Source: Yuukianura sp. NJ FZ-2021 (Eukaryota). Taken from it: a DNA stretch of 64,000 nucleotides. Where the stretch lies: positions 3,472,001 to 3,536,000 of the forward strand of contig CM102289.1 in assembly GCA_046563655.1 (NCBI GenBank), written 5' to 3'. This document shows, piece after piece, positions 12,510 to 26,029 of this stretch. The position numbers and the translations under genes were made by a program. Every line of letters starts with the position of its first letter. The first letter of the stretch is position 1. Under the pieces are notes generated by a model. It did no database searches. It was not told the DNA's origin and saw only the letters and a program-made list of their open reading frames with translations.

Positions 12510-13918
12510 TGTGACATTGGACACCAGAATCGCTATAATTGGGAGCGGAATTGCCGGCTTATCGACTGGACTTGCACTACACAACGCTGGATTTACTCAA
12601 GTAAGGATTTACGAACGGGACGATTGTTTTGACCGGAGACGACAAGGCTATGGACTCACAATGCTACAAGGAAATACTGTCCTCAGAAGACTGGAGTTTA
12701 TGACAAGGTCAACCAGATTGACACGCCCTCCAGATCACTGCATCTTCGACTGTCATGGCAACATTGTCGGATTCTTCGGAACCAAATTCTGGCCATCACC
12801 AACCTCTGACAAGAAGGCCAAGTACAACCTCCATGTCTATGTCAGCAGACAGAATCTACGCAAAATACTGTATGAACAACTGACACTAAAGGCACAAGGA
12901 ATCGTTCAGTGGAACAAGATGTTGGATTCCATCTTCCAGTTCCAGAAGAGCCTAATAACGGTGAGGATTCGTGGGAACTTTCCTTTTCGGATGGACATTT
13001 TACTAAGGTGCAGTTGGTAATTGGTTGTGATGGGATTAACAGTTTCGCCCGTCGTCAAGCCTTTCCGGAAGATGACAATCCGCTCAAATATTTGGGAATC
13101 CTACTTGTTCTTGGTAATTCAAACATAATCAACTTAGTAAAATCACTATAATAGTAGTAATATAAAATAAAAGTACAAGTGTGTTTCTTTTTTAGGTATC
13201 ACTAGGACTGATCACTACCTAATAAGTCAAGAACGAGTGTTTCAAACTGTGGATGGAAACACAAGACTGTTTGCGATACCATTCTACGGAGATGAAAGCA
13301 GTCCGCATGAAAATATGATGTGGCATCTGTCATTCCCAGTGGAGGAACAAGAAGCGAAACAATTAGCTGCCAACTTAGATCAACTAAAAAGAAGAGTTTT
13401 AGAAATGTGTGGAAACTGGCACGATCCGAATCCATCCCTCATCCAGTCAACTAATTTGTCACTGCTCATGGGTATCCCTACCTACGACAGAGACCCTCAA
13501 CTGCCATGTCAAACTTCGAAGTCATTGGTGTTGCTTGGAGATGCTGCTCATCCAATGTCTCCCTTCAAAGGTCAAGGATCAAATCAAGCCTTACTGGACG
13601 GAGTCTACTTTACAGATTGTTTAAGTCGTGGAGTGAGCATAGATTCCGCTATTCGTAGCTTTGAAAGGTGAAACTGAAATGTGGAACAGAGTTCGTCGGA
13701 AAGTGTTGGATTCCAGAAAAAGAGCAACAACTTTCCATCACCCGGGCGTCCTCGGAGGTGACTTTTTCCTTTACCGGGGAATTGGACAAGAATTCCTCCA
13801 AAAGTTAAAAGAAAAAGGAGTCAACAGCAGCAGTGGAGAAGCAATCGATGACCTAATTATTTCAGAACTCAAAGGCCTCAATCTCAACGGTTACGGCAAC
13901 TCAACTGCTCAAAGATAG
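12510..13918 (+). pseudogene. Class A FAD-dependent monooxygenase (salicylate-hydroxylase-like fold), multiple frameshifts
   Basis: GSGIAG Rossmann motif, VIGCDGINS and LLGDAAHPMSPFKGQGSNQALLDG spread over several frames; intron ~13114-13195. Confidence 0.88.
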
Positions 13919-15225
13919 ATGACAATTATTTAAAAAAAAAAGTCAACGTTATTTGTGTAAAAGTGTAAAAATGTAAATAAAGATTTCTGTTCAGTTAATT
14001 TGTAAACTACAAGTTTTTAAGGTCCATCTTTTTCCTATTTGTGAGGTGTAGTACTTTCACTTTCGCCTGGAGAATAAGATTACTGAAATTCTTAAAGTGA
14101 AAGCGGATGTCCAGTTTTTTTGAAATCTCGTTTGGTGAAACATGTTTTGCTGACACTTGAAAGGAAATTGCGATTAAGTTTAGTCTGGAGATGCTTTCTT
14201 TTGAGGGAACTTGACTTTCACTTTGAGAAAACCAAATCATGTTGCATTTCCATTCGTTTGGCTCAATTCAATTTGTCCATCCCAACATCAATCTTTCTTT
14301 TCACTTACATCCTCCTTAAGTTGAAAAATTGAAGGTTGCGGGTGGTAAATCATGTTTTGATTGGGCGGAAATGAAACTGTCCATCGCTGGACCAAGTCTT
14401 CATCGTCACCTGTCACTAGCAGCACAGGAATCTCCTGGACAAACTCTACCGGAACTCCCATCCACTTTCACAAATCAATTTTTCTACTTCTTCAACTTTT
14501 TCCTCAACATGTTGGATAAAGAAAGTGATGTGTAGGAGAGAGAAAGCGATGTAAAATGTGAAATCGGAAGTCGATGGAGCTTGTAGCTGGAAGAGTGAAA
14601 GTGTGGTAGTTTTGTCTTTTATGTGAGATAGGAGGAATTAAGCGTAATTAAGATAATCACTCACTCAGGGTGACAAGGACCAGAAATTCCTGCTCAATTG
14701 GACTCACTCAAGCGAAGGCTTCTGTTTTAGCACAAACCAGATTCATCCCGCGCCTCTCAACAAAACCCATTCAACGTGAGAAAGTCAGAAATGGTGATAG
14801 GAAAAGAAAAGCGGAAATCTGAAAATTTGGCAAAAACTTGCAGACGTCGGGTTTTGGCACATTCCTGGCAGATATCCACGTCAGCCGGGGAACTTTGTAG
14901 TTTGTCCACTGCGAGTACATCGGTCGTCCTTCCTTGTCCAATCAGAGACTCGTCAAGCAGAAACTGACTTCGCAAAAAGTTGAAGTCAGAGATTGCGATA
15001 GGAAAGGAAAAGCGAAAAGTAAAAAGAAATTGGCAAAACTTACAGACGTCGGGTTTTGGCACATTCCTGGCAGATATCCACGTCAGTCGGGGAACGTTGT
15101 AGTCTGTCCATTGCGAGTACATCGGTCGTCCTTCCTTGTCCAATGAGAGACTCGTCAAGCAGAAACTGCATAAATATGGACATCACGGTGAGGGCACTTG
15201 AACTTTTCAGTTTTTGAACCAAATA

Positions 15226-15383
15226 CAGTGCGAATTTTATGTTTTTCGACCAAAAAACCTTCTCCAAAGCCAGTCTTCCTCTCCACCTCGATTTCAATCC
15301 TTGATCCCAGCGTCGAAATCGAAGTGGAAAGGAAAAGAGGTTTTGGAGATGGTTTTTTGGTCCAAAACATAAAATTCGCACTG
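15226..15383. mobile_element. MITE, Tc1/mariner type (158 bp)
   Basis: TA|CAGTGCGAATTTTATGTTTT...AAAACATAAAATTCGCACTG|TA; ~45-bp imperfect TIRs; TA on both sides; absent from copy 1. Confidence 0.85.
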
Positions 15384-15639
15384 TAAGTATAACATCACGA
15401 TGTTAGTTCTTGTTCACTGTAGCACTTTCACTCACAAATTGTTCAGCAAAAACGAAATTCGCACATTGTTGCACAAAAAAGTCAACTTTTGCAGTTTTTT
15501 TTTAAGAGAAAGAGAAACGTAGGTCTTCACTGGTCAAAGTTCTCACGATCACTGAAGGGCTCCAAGATGGCGGCCGACTACAGCAGAACGCACCCTTCTA
15601 GAACATTCTAGAACGTTCTAGAAAGACAGTGAACCTATA

Positions 15640-15871
15640 CAGTAGACTTTCCCACTTATTCCATTTGCCAAATACAAAACAATTTCAATTGACAAATACA
15701 AAACCCGCACCAGTACACTGGCGGTAAAATGGCAAAATGAAACATGCATTGGCAAATGGGGGTTTGCCAATGACAATTTGACCACACACTCATGTAATTT
15801 TCTAACCCCAGTGTAGTTCAATTGTATTTTGTTTTGTATTTCGCAAATGGAATAAGTGGGAAAGTCTACTG
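15640..15871. mobile_element. MITE, Tc1/mariner-pogo type (232 bp)
   Basis: TA|CAGTAGACTTTCCCACTTATTCCATTTGC...GCAAATGGAATAAGTGGGAAAGTCTACTG|TA; absent from copy 1 at ~8073. Confidence 0.92.
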
Positions 15872-16486
15872 TACTTCTAAGCAGTGTCCCTATATGAAAA
15901 AGTTAATGGCTATAATCGGTTTTGGACAAAAACAGTAAAGTAGGGAGGGGGGGGAGGGAGGGGTGGGGGTTAGGTAACCTGTCTCTGGACACCATAGCAA
16001 TGCTGATCCATTGTTGTCCAAGTATTAGGTAGTTCTTTTGTATGAAGTAAACAGTTAGTTCCATTCATTTGTTCTAAAAATAGCGAAAAAAAGGGAATTA
16101 CAACATTCCTGATTCACACCCAATCTACACACAACAAAAACGCAAAAATTTTGAAATTTGACAAAGCAGCATGCCATTGGCAAAATTTCGGTTGACATTT
16201 CGACTTAACAGTACACTCTCTGAAGTGAGTCCTTTGACACCACGACATGACAAATTATCGTGTTCAGTTTGGCCTTACTTGATATCCTAACCTGACATAT
16301 TGCCTAATAAATTCTGACTCTGATAGTTTCAGATTCTTCTGCTCCTGCCACGACGAATTGAATGTCCAGTTCCATTTTCTGGGGTCTGAAGATTGGTAGC
16401 GGAAATCTCAAAGGAACAAGATTTCAGTGTCAACTTTACAGTTTACAATACTCGAATCTGAGAACTTAGATACAAGGCATCGGTAG

Positions 16487-16794
16487 CATGGAGAACACGG
16501 TGATCGTAGCCATTCTCGGGAGGTAAGTTTCACTGAGTCACTGATGATGCTTTTTAGCGATATTAACTCATTGCATTTTGTATTGTTTGATCTTATTATA
16601 GCGGTCTTATTGGAAAGTCTTGGGCAATGCTCTTTGCCTCTGGAGGTCATCAGGTCAGACTTTATGACACGGATCCCGTTGTAGTAAAGGCATTGACAGA
16701 CATCCGGAACAAACTGGAAAAACTGGAGGAAGATGGGACACTCTGAAGAACTCGAAGGTGCTTTCATCAAAGATGCAATCCGAGCTCATTTCAA
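16487..16794 (+). pseudogene. CRYL1: Truncated second copy of lambda-crystallin (exons 1-2 only, with indels)
   Basis: Aligns with 8705-9012 together with upstream DNA (16030-16486 vs 8250-8704); small indels; similarity ends at the exon 2 boundary. Confidence 0.88.
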
Positions 16795-17385
16795 GTGGGG
16801 CCCACTTCCTTAACCCACACCTAACCTTTGGATTTCCCACCTTATTGCAGTGATGTTGGAGGCATTTAGTAAAAGGTATTATGGGTTTGTTGGATGGAGT
16901 TCAAGAGTTTGATTAATTGATGTTGTTAACAATGATTTATTGGTTTAGAAAAAGCATTTTCGACATATCCAAATCAAGGTCACTGGAATCACGATGTTGA
17001 TAGCAGCAAGTACAACGAAAACGAAGAAGTAGATGTCCACATGCTCTCTCACCCAGTACGACTGGTCAAGGTCCATTTGCTTCAAAGGTGATCAACACTC
17101 TTCGTTTTCCAGCTCCAGCTCAAGTTCTCAGTCCAGCAGTAGTAGTAGTAGCAGCAGCATCAGCAGCAGCAGTAAACAGTTGTCTGCCACTGGGACTGGA
17201 GGGTGGCTGAAATAAATGTTAAACTTCATGAAAAACTGGAACTTTGAATAAAATTTAATTAAAATTGAAATGTTCAAAAAATATACGAAAACAATAATCT
17301 TTCTTACTGGGGTATCACATTTAATTAATAGCACATCAGTTTAGGTCCTGAATCCGGAACATTTTCAATCAAACAAATAACAGTG

Positions 17386-19482
<2,097 letters not shown>

Positions 19483-21015
19483 TTAAATCCTTGGGAGTTA
19501 AGCTTTAAGCACCGAATAAGGGACCTGCGGAACAAGCACAAACAATAGGTTACTCAAAACAGCATTAACAGCAGAAATGACTGGAATTGACTTACCAACC
19601 ACTGGCTTCTTTCTGTTGACTCCAACGATGCAGTTCCAGATGGACCTAAATGGCTCCAAAAACAATATAAAACGTGTGTTTTGAATTTCAAAAACCGACC
19701 AAATAAGGCTAAAACAAGCTTTAGACAAGTGAACATTACTTGAACAGATGACAGGGACCGGGAGCTAAACTTGACATAAACAAGACACGAGGACACGACA
19801 TTCTTAGAATTAGTGTGACCCCGTTGCGACCTACCAGTTTGCTGTTTGAGAGTTGAGGAGACTGTTCCAATTTCTATGCATGGTTGACGCAAGGCAGAAT
19901 TGCATGAGACGTAACTACCACGAAGGGCTCTCTCGAACTTGTATGCGTTAATTTCCAATGCTGGCTCGCAGCCAATGGCTACTAGCAGCGAGCGCGTGAG
20001 AGCAAGGAGTGCCAGTGCCTTAAAATACCGACAACATTTCATTTGTAACAATTTCTCGCCCGAAATATCCGAAAGCACAAAAAATCGTAAATTTCGGTGC
20101 ATTTTCCAACTTTATTCAGTTTTCTCAATAGGAAGAAACAGATTAGTGTATTATTTAATAATCCTTTCATTATGTTGGCGTAAAGAGGCTTTTTGAACTC
20201 AGCTATTTCGATACGAAATGGCGGCCTTCTACTTAAACCACGGTGTAACTTCGCGTTACTTAGCGGGAGTTCTGTGAAGGGATATGCGAAGTATGGGAAG
20301 GCATTCCATGGGGTTGCAATTTAACGGTTACAACTTTTCCGGATACACTGAAATTAAGATAGATATTATGTCCCACAGCATTAAAAAATAAAATGGCCAC
20401 AGTAGTAACGCTGTGTTTACAACACAAAATAATTCCGTCTTTCATCAACCTTTGGCTTGTGCGTGTCGTAGTGTACTCGCGATAGTCTTCAAGTTCGATG
20501 AGGACCGGATTAATATCTCCCGCCAGTCAGCCAAAATTCTTCGTTCAGTTAAGCGTGTACGAACAATAAGGTCAATGCTGCGTGAGTTTGATGCTGTGAT
20601 GTGATGCTTTCTACAAAATGGAGGAATTCATCAAATATTCATCAACTTGAAAACATCAAAAAAATACAAGTACACATACCGAAATTAATGATTTGGCAAA
20701 AAGTGGTTGAGAAACCAGATTTAGTCAAAAGCGAAAGAAAGGAGCGTCTTGTCTAACCAGTCTTTATGTTTCCAGTTTTTGGGAAAACTGGCTTACTTAC
20801 CCTCCTCTGACTTTACATCCCGTTCAATGACCCAGCTTTCTCTAACTCTTAAGCTTGTGCAGGCTTCAAAAACAACTAAATGGATTTAGTGCGTTGACAA
20901 AGCCACGAAGTTTACAGTTGACAATCTGGCAAATTAGAAAACGCACACGTAGAAAGTGTAGGCAAAATTAATTGCCTTCATACTTAAATTCTACAAGGCA
21001 TCTAAACATACGACA

Positions 21016-22191
21016 ATGGAGATTGGAGGCTCTCGGGCAGCAGTCGAATCCATTACGGTTGTTATCGGTAAATGATAAAAAAAACGTTTATTGTAAGAAA
21101 TAAAAAAAAAAGTTATATAAATAAAAATAAGATGCCATGCCCCTGCGCATCGCATTAATTACTGGCGATCTTGAGCTAAAACTTTTCCATTCTTTCTGAA
21201 GGTATTGTGCTTTCGTACTTTGTTTTTCAATTGAACCCAACTCGACGTGGATTTTACTGCGACGATGAGTCCATACGTTATCCTTACAATGGAGAAACAA
21301 TCAATACTACCGCTACGTTTTTAATCACGTTCTTCACAGGGGTCATTTTGGTATGTTCAAAATTATTGTACTTTACTTGCCAATTTCCAAAAATTCTAAC
21401 CTAAGGCAAAACCATTTTTTTTAAAAGATTACGGTGACTGAATTTGCAAAAGGATCGTTGTTTGGAAAATCGGATTCCAGCGGATTTGATTGGAGAGAAT
21501 GGTTGATTCAGGTTTACAACTGCTTAGTTGACTACGTCGTATCAGGAATATTCCTTGTCTTGTTTGTCGGCGTTTTGAAAAGTGTGACAGGATCACTTCG
21601 ACCCACATTCATTGCAGAATGTCGCCCAAGCATTAACACATCCGACTGCGGACGTAAATATAATTTTTTTTAACATTGCATTTACAGTACATTGTACATT
21701 AGTAACAAGTTTACATTAGCAGCAAGTTTTACTTTATTTTAGGATACCATAATGACTACATTACGAACTACGTTTGTAAAAGTGGAGTTGACGAGTCACT
21801 TCGTACGTCATTTCCATCTGGACTTGCCGCTTTGTCTGCCTTTGCCACTGTGTTTTGTATTCAGTACATCCAAGCCAAATGGGTAGCAACGGAAAATCAT
21901 CCACTAAAACTAACAAAACACATCTTCATGGGACTGATTGCATTGGGATACATTTGTCTCACTGCTACGGCGTACAACGACAACACGCATCATCCCATTG
22001 ACCTCTACATTGGCTATATAATCGGAATTGCTTTTGGAATTTATACTGTAAGATTTTGAATTTACAACGTCCATAGGAAGCTAGCCTCTGATCTAAACAA
22101 ATTTTTTATGTAGACGAAGTACGTGACGGGGCTAGAGGGCGACAATGGCCATGGTGAAACACAGCCCTTATTGCCTGCAACGTCGCGTTAA
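21016..22191 (+). CDS. PAP2 / wunen-like lipid phosphate phosphatase family protein with degenerate catalytic motifs (5 exons)
   Basis: PTRRGFYCDDESIRYPY, KSVTGSLRPTFIAECRP, RTSFPSGLAA, TAYNDNTHHPIDL; exons ~21016-21067, 21202-21350, 21428-21653, 21743-22047, 22114-22191. Confidence 0.88.
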
Positions 22192-22526
22192 CTCTGAACT
22201 AACTTCTTTAATTTCTACCCATTTAAAGTGGACACTGTAGATTAAAGGAACGTGATTTTTGTTTAACAAGAATTTCCAGTTTTTCAACTTACTGCCAACA
22301 TTCCCACAATTTTAATGGGATCATGTCAATTGAATTTTAATTTAATCAATCAAAAGCAAATGTGAATCAATAAAAAACTATATTAAATACATATATTATG
22401 CAAATGTTAGCCAATAAATTCATAACTGTTATAGCTAATTTTTACATACTGCACCAGGCAAAAAAGTATTTCAGGCAGATTCACGATGATTTGTGAGTCA
22501 CAAATCAATGGAGTCACAAATTGTGA

Positions 22527-25500
22527 CTACAAAGATGAAATATCCACCGTAGTCGCGTCTATGCACACAGTTTCACTGACATTGCTACTGTCACACGATT
22601 GTTCAAGGAAAATTGATGCGATGCTGTCAGTACTACTTCCGACTTCAATTGGTTCTGGTGATGGCGCGACAGTACTAACAACGCTGTCACTGTTTGCTAC
22701 TTGTCTAGAATAAAGTTCGTTTCTAGCTTTTGCATTCAGAGTACAGCATCGGCAACACACAATTTCCTTGAAGACAAAGTAGAAATCGTCGTTGAACAGA
22801 GTGTAGATGACGGGATTCAACGAACTGTGAAAGTATCCAATCCATGCAAAAATGTTGTAGGTCCAGGCACTCACTGTTGACACTCCACCTGTTCGTACGA
22901 TTTACAAAGTCAATTGCTTGAACAATTTCTAGAAAACTGTACTATAAAAAATATATTAAGAATTTATTAAACAAAACAGATTTTACCCGCCAAGCGACAG
23001 ATGGAATCTATAATGAGGTACAAGAAGAATGGTACGAAACATGAAACGAATGATCCAAGTACAAGCGCAGTTGTAATCCACCCTTTCTTTTCTTGAATAA
23101 CTTTAAGTGAGGATTTGTTAATCAAATTGCATTCTAGTTTAATGTTGACATTAATTTAATATAATTTATTTTTCTTTTAATATAATTTACCGTTAATAAT
23201 AGACTGCACAGTCGATTCGTTTGCTGACTCGGTACGTTCACTGCGCTTGCGTCGTTCTACAGTTTTTGCGTGTTGTTGTGTTAATATTACCCAAATCTTG
23301 GCATGGATATATACCATGAGGCCTATTGGAACGAAAGCGCTGAGTGCCACGGCAAGTTGATAACTAAACCACAAATACATACACTTACATACTGTAATAC
23401 ACGTTCTGCACAATATATGCTTTCTTAAACTTTAAGCATTAGATTCACTCACGAGGGAACATTCCCAACCGGTTCGCAAGTTTTTGAATTTAAATATATG
23501 CATAGTCATACTCTGTATGCCAAAAGAAAATTTTCTTCAGTAGCTTCGGTTGCTAACGCCACAAAAAAAGTACCCCGACCAGGACTCGCACCCATGACAC
23601 CGCTCCAGAAAAAAAAGTCGTGTATTCATACTTGTAGAACCAATGTCAAATTATTCAACAGTAAACGTCCAGATTATGATGTAACATCTTAACTACGTTT
23701 TCTGTTGAAGAATTCGACATAATTTTTTTTTATTTTTCTGGACTGCGGCTACGGGTTCGAGCCCATGTCGCGCTAATTTTTTTTGGCGTTGGCAACCGAA
23801 AACCAAACTGCATTTTTTTTTCAATATTACATAATACGACTGTATTTTTTAAATTCAAACCTGGAGAACCGGTTGGGAATGTTCCCTCGTGAGTTTTTAG
23901 AAAAATTCACTTTACTGCAGGGTGTCGTTGGTTTAAACCAGTTGGTTTAAACCATGGTTTAAACCACGGTTTAAACCAGTTGGTTTTTTTAAAAAAACCA
24001 TTGGTTTAAACCAAATCAAGAATTTCATGCGAAATGATAAAAAAAAATTCAAAATAGTTTGACAGGAGCTTTGTTTTTCTCCTTTTCTGTCAAAATATTT
24101 TTAGTTTTGCTTGAAAAACCGAAACCTCTTGCTGTTTCCAGTGTATTTTTGGAATAAGACCGCCTTACGCGCATTCAAAGTTATTCTTCTATCCTACTGT
24201 TCAATGCGCCATTTCGTTTAAAGGCTAAAATTGTTCGTAGTTTTGAGTTAATTGAACAATGAGTAGCGGTAGGAAACGTGACATCGTTCGGTTAAGCTTC
24301 CAGTTTTTCCTGACCGAAAGGGCAGTAGGGAAAAATGTAACGCCTGTGGACAAGAAGTGGAAGGTCAAGTGGCAATTTTTAAATGCAAAGGTTTCGAAAA
24401 ATGTAATGGATTCCACTAAGAAGAGAATGTCGCAGGCCAGTGCCTGCGACATTCTCCTAACCTTCCTATTCATTATTTGGCCAATCTGATGCATCCTGTT
24501 TAGATTGGCAAAAAAAAACTGTCGGAGCATGTAAATTGAATTCGCCATTACTTATGCAGCAGTTGAAAACGAAAGGGCTCCAGAATTTTTAGTAGTCTTT
24601 ACGAAGTACAGAGCACAAACGGGACCATTCCAAAAAGTTTTGTTTTCTAACACTGTTTTGACGACGACATAATCTGCTTCTGATTGTTGGAACAAACTTA
24701 TATTGTTTTAGTTTAGTTTAAATTTCAACTTGATTCGAAAGGGTACCTAATGTAAAAATGCCAGATATCCTTGGCAACCATTTTGATTTACTTCTAGACC
24801 ATTCTTCTTCGCGCATCGCGCATCAATTCGCAAGCTTTGGTTTAAACCAAAAAAACCAAAAAAACCTGGTTTAAACCAAAAAAACCGGTTTTTTTGGTTT
24901 TTTTCAAAAAAACCGAAAAAACCCGACACCCTGCTTTACTGTTACCCACCCTGGTGGTGTAACCTCAATACACGTTGGCATGTCCATTTCTGGTTTGTCT
25001 GGATCAGCGGTATCTGGTCTAGTATGAGTAATCCACCAATAAGTGATTGCTGCCGTAATTGATGTTATCCAGATAAAACAAACGGCGCCAATTACTTTTC
25101 TGCCAGTGTATTGCACTTTGTAGAATAGAGGATGAAGAATTGCAACGTATCGATCCAAAGAAATCATGGTTAAACTCAACATCGTTGCACATGACGCAAG
25201 TATGTCAACTAATGTAATAGAACAATAGAGATTAAAATGTGGTGGTTAATAAAAATATAATTTGGTATAAAAAATGTTATCCTCCAAAAAAGAAGTTACC
25301 GGCAGCCCAAACTTCGCATTCGACTAAATCCTCATTCCACGGATCTCCAGTCTGAAGGGCTTTGATTGGCACCACAACTACGCCTACAATCAAATCCGCT
25401 ACAGCAAGAGACAAGATGAAATAGTTTCTGGAATGCCGTAAAACTTTTGCCGCCAAAATTGAAACAATGACGAGCAAGTTGCCCGCTAAAATTAGAACAC

Positions 25501-25600
25501 CCAAAATTATTTCAAGGACCAACAATGCCCAGTCCACGGGCTCTTCTGGCATAAGGTCAGCCAGTCCCGTGGGCACTTCCGGTGGATGAGTCGTAGCCAT
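22527..25600 (-). CDS. Class A GPCR, divergent biogenic-amine-receptor-like (paralog A)
   Basis: [55 protein letters not shown]; 5 exons. Confidence 0.9.
23447..23894. mobile_element. Foldback/MITE-like element in a GPCR intron
   Basis: 29-bp perfect TIR ACTCACGAGGGAACATTCCCAACCGGTTC plus internal inverted blocks (23547-23615 vs 23730-23800); no clear TSD. Confidence 0.75.
23918..24933. mobile_element. Non-autonomous hAT element
   Basis: TIR CAGGGTGTCG/CGACACCCTG; perfect 8-bp TSD CTTTACTG (23910-23917, 24934-24941); subterminal GGTTTAAACC repeats at both ends. Confidence 0.92.
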
Positions 25601-26029
25601 TGGTCAACTTGACATTTGAAACTGGACGTCGTGACTCCGTTTCGAATGAAAGATGAAACATTTGACAAAAAATTGTCACTTTGTTATCATTTGACACGGG
25701 CGTTGTTTTGATCTGTGTGCTTATCATGGACAGCATATGCTCGGATTGACTCCGAAATAATTGCAAACGAGCTAAGGCGTGAGAATGCGTTGTACATTTC
25801 CGCTTCTAATTGACACAACATAAGCCTATCAATCCTAAGTACTTTTTTAGTTCATTCTTTTGTAAAATTAGTTGCCTGAATAGCCACTTTGATAAATTTC
25901 AAATTCATCATCAACCGTGATATGCTGTAAAAGTTGATAAAAAAAAACTTCTTTATTTGCTATTACCTTATGAGCAGTATTTTTTGAAAATTTTAGAAAA
26001 CTTATAAAATAAATGAAAGAACTTGCATC

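Larger units (their letters stand above)
14770..16030. mobile_element. Second, diverged copy of the subrepeat-rich element (with nested MITEs)
   Basis: ~202-bp subrepeats (14921, 15123); shares CAA(A/G)ATGGCG, TTCTAGAAAGACAGTGAAC, the G-tract and the terminal hairpin with 7187-8247. Confidence 0.6.

Noticed and set aside
14000..14530. Coding-like decayed sequence (also 16850-17215)
   Set aside because: Multiple stops and no identifiable family; too weak to call
19554..20196. 182-aa and 85-aa ORFs upstream of ALG8
   Set aside because: No motif or splice support; likely chance ORFs in promoter/UTR DNA
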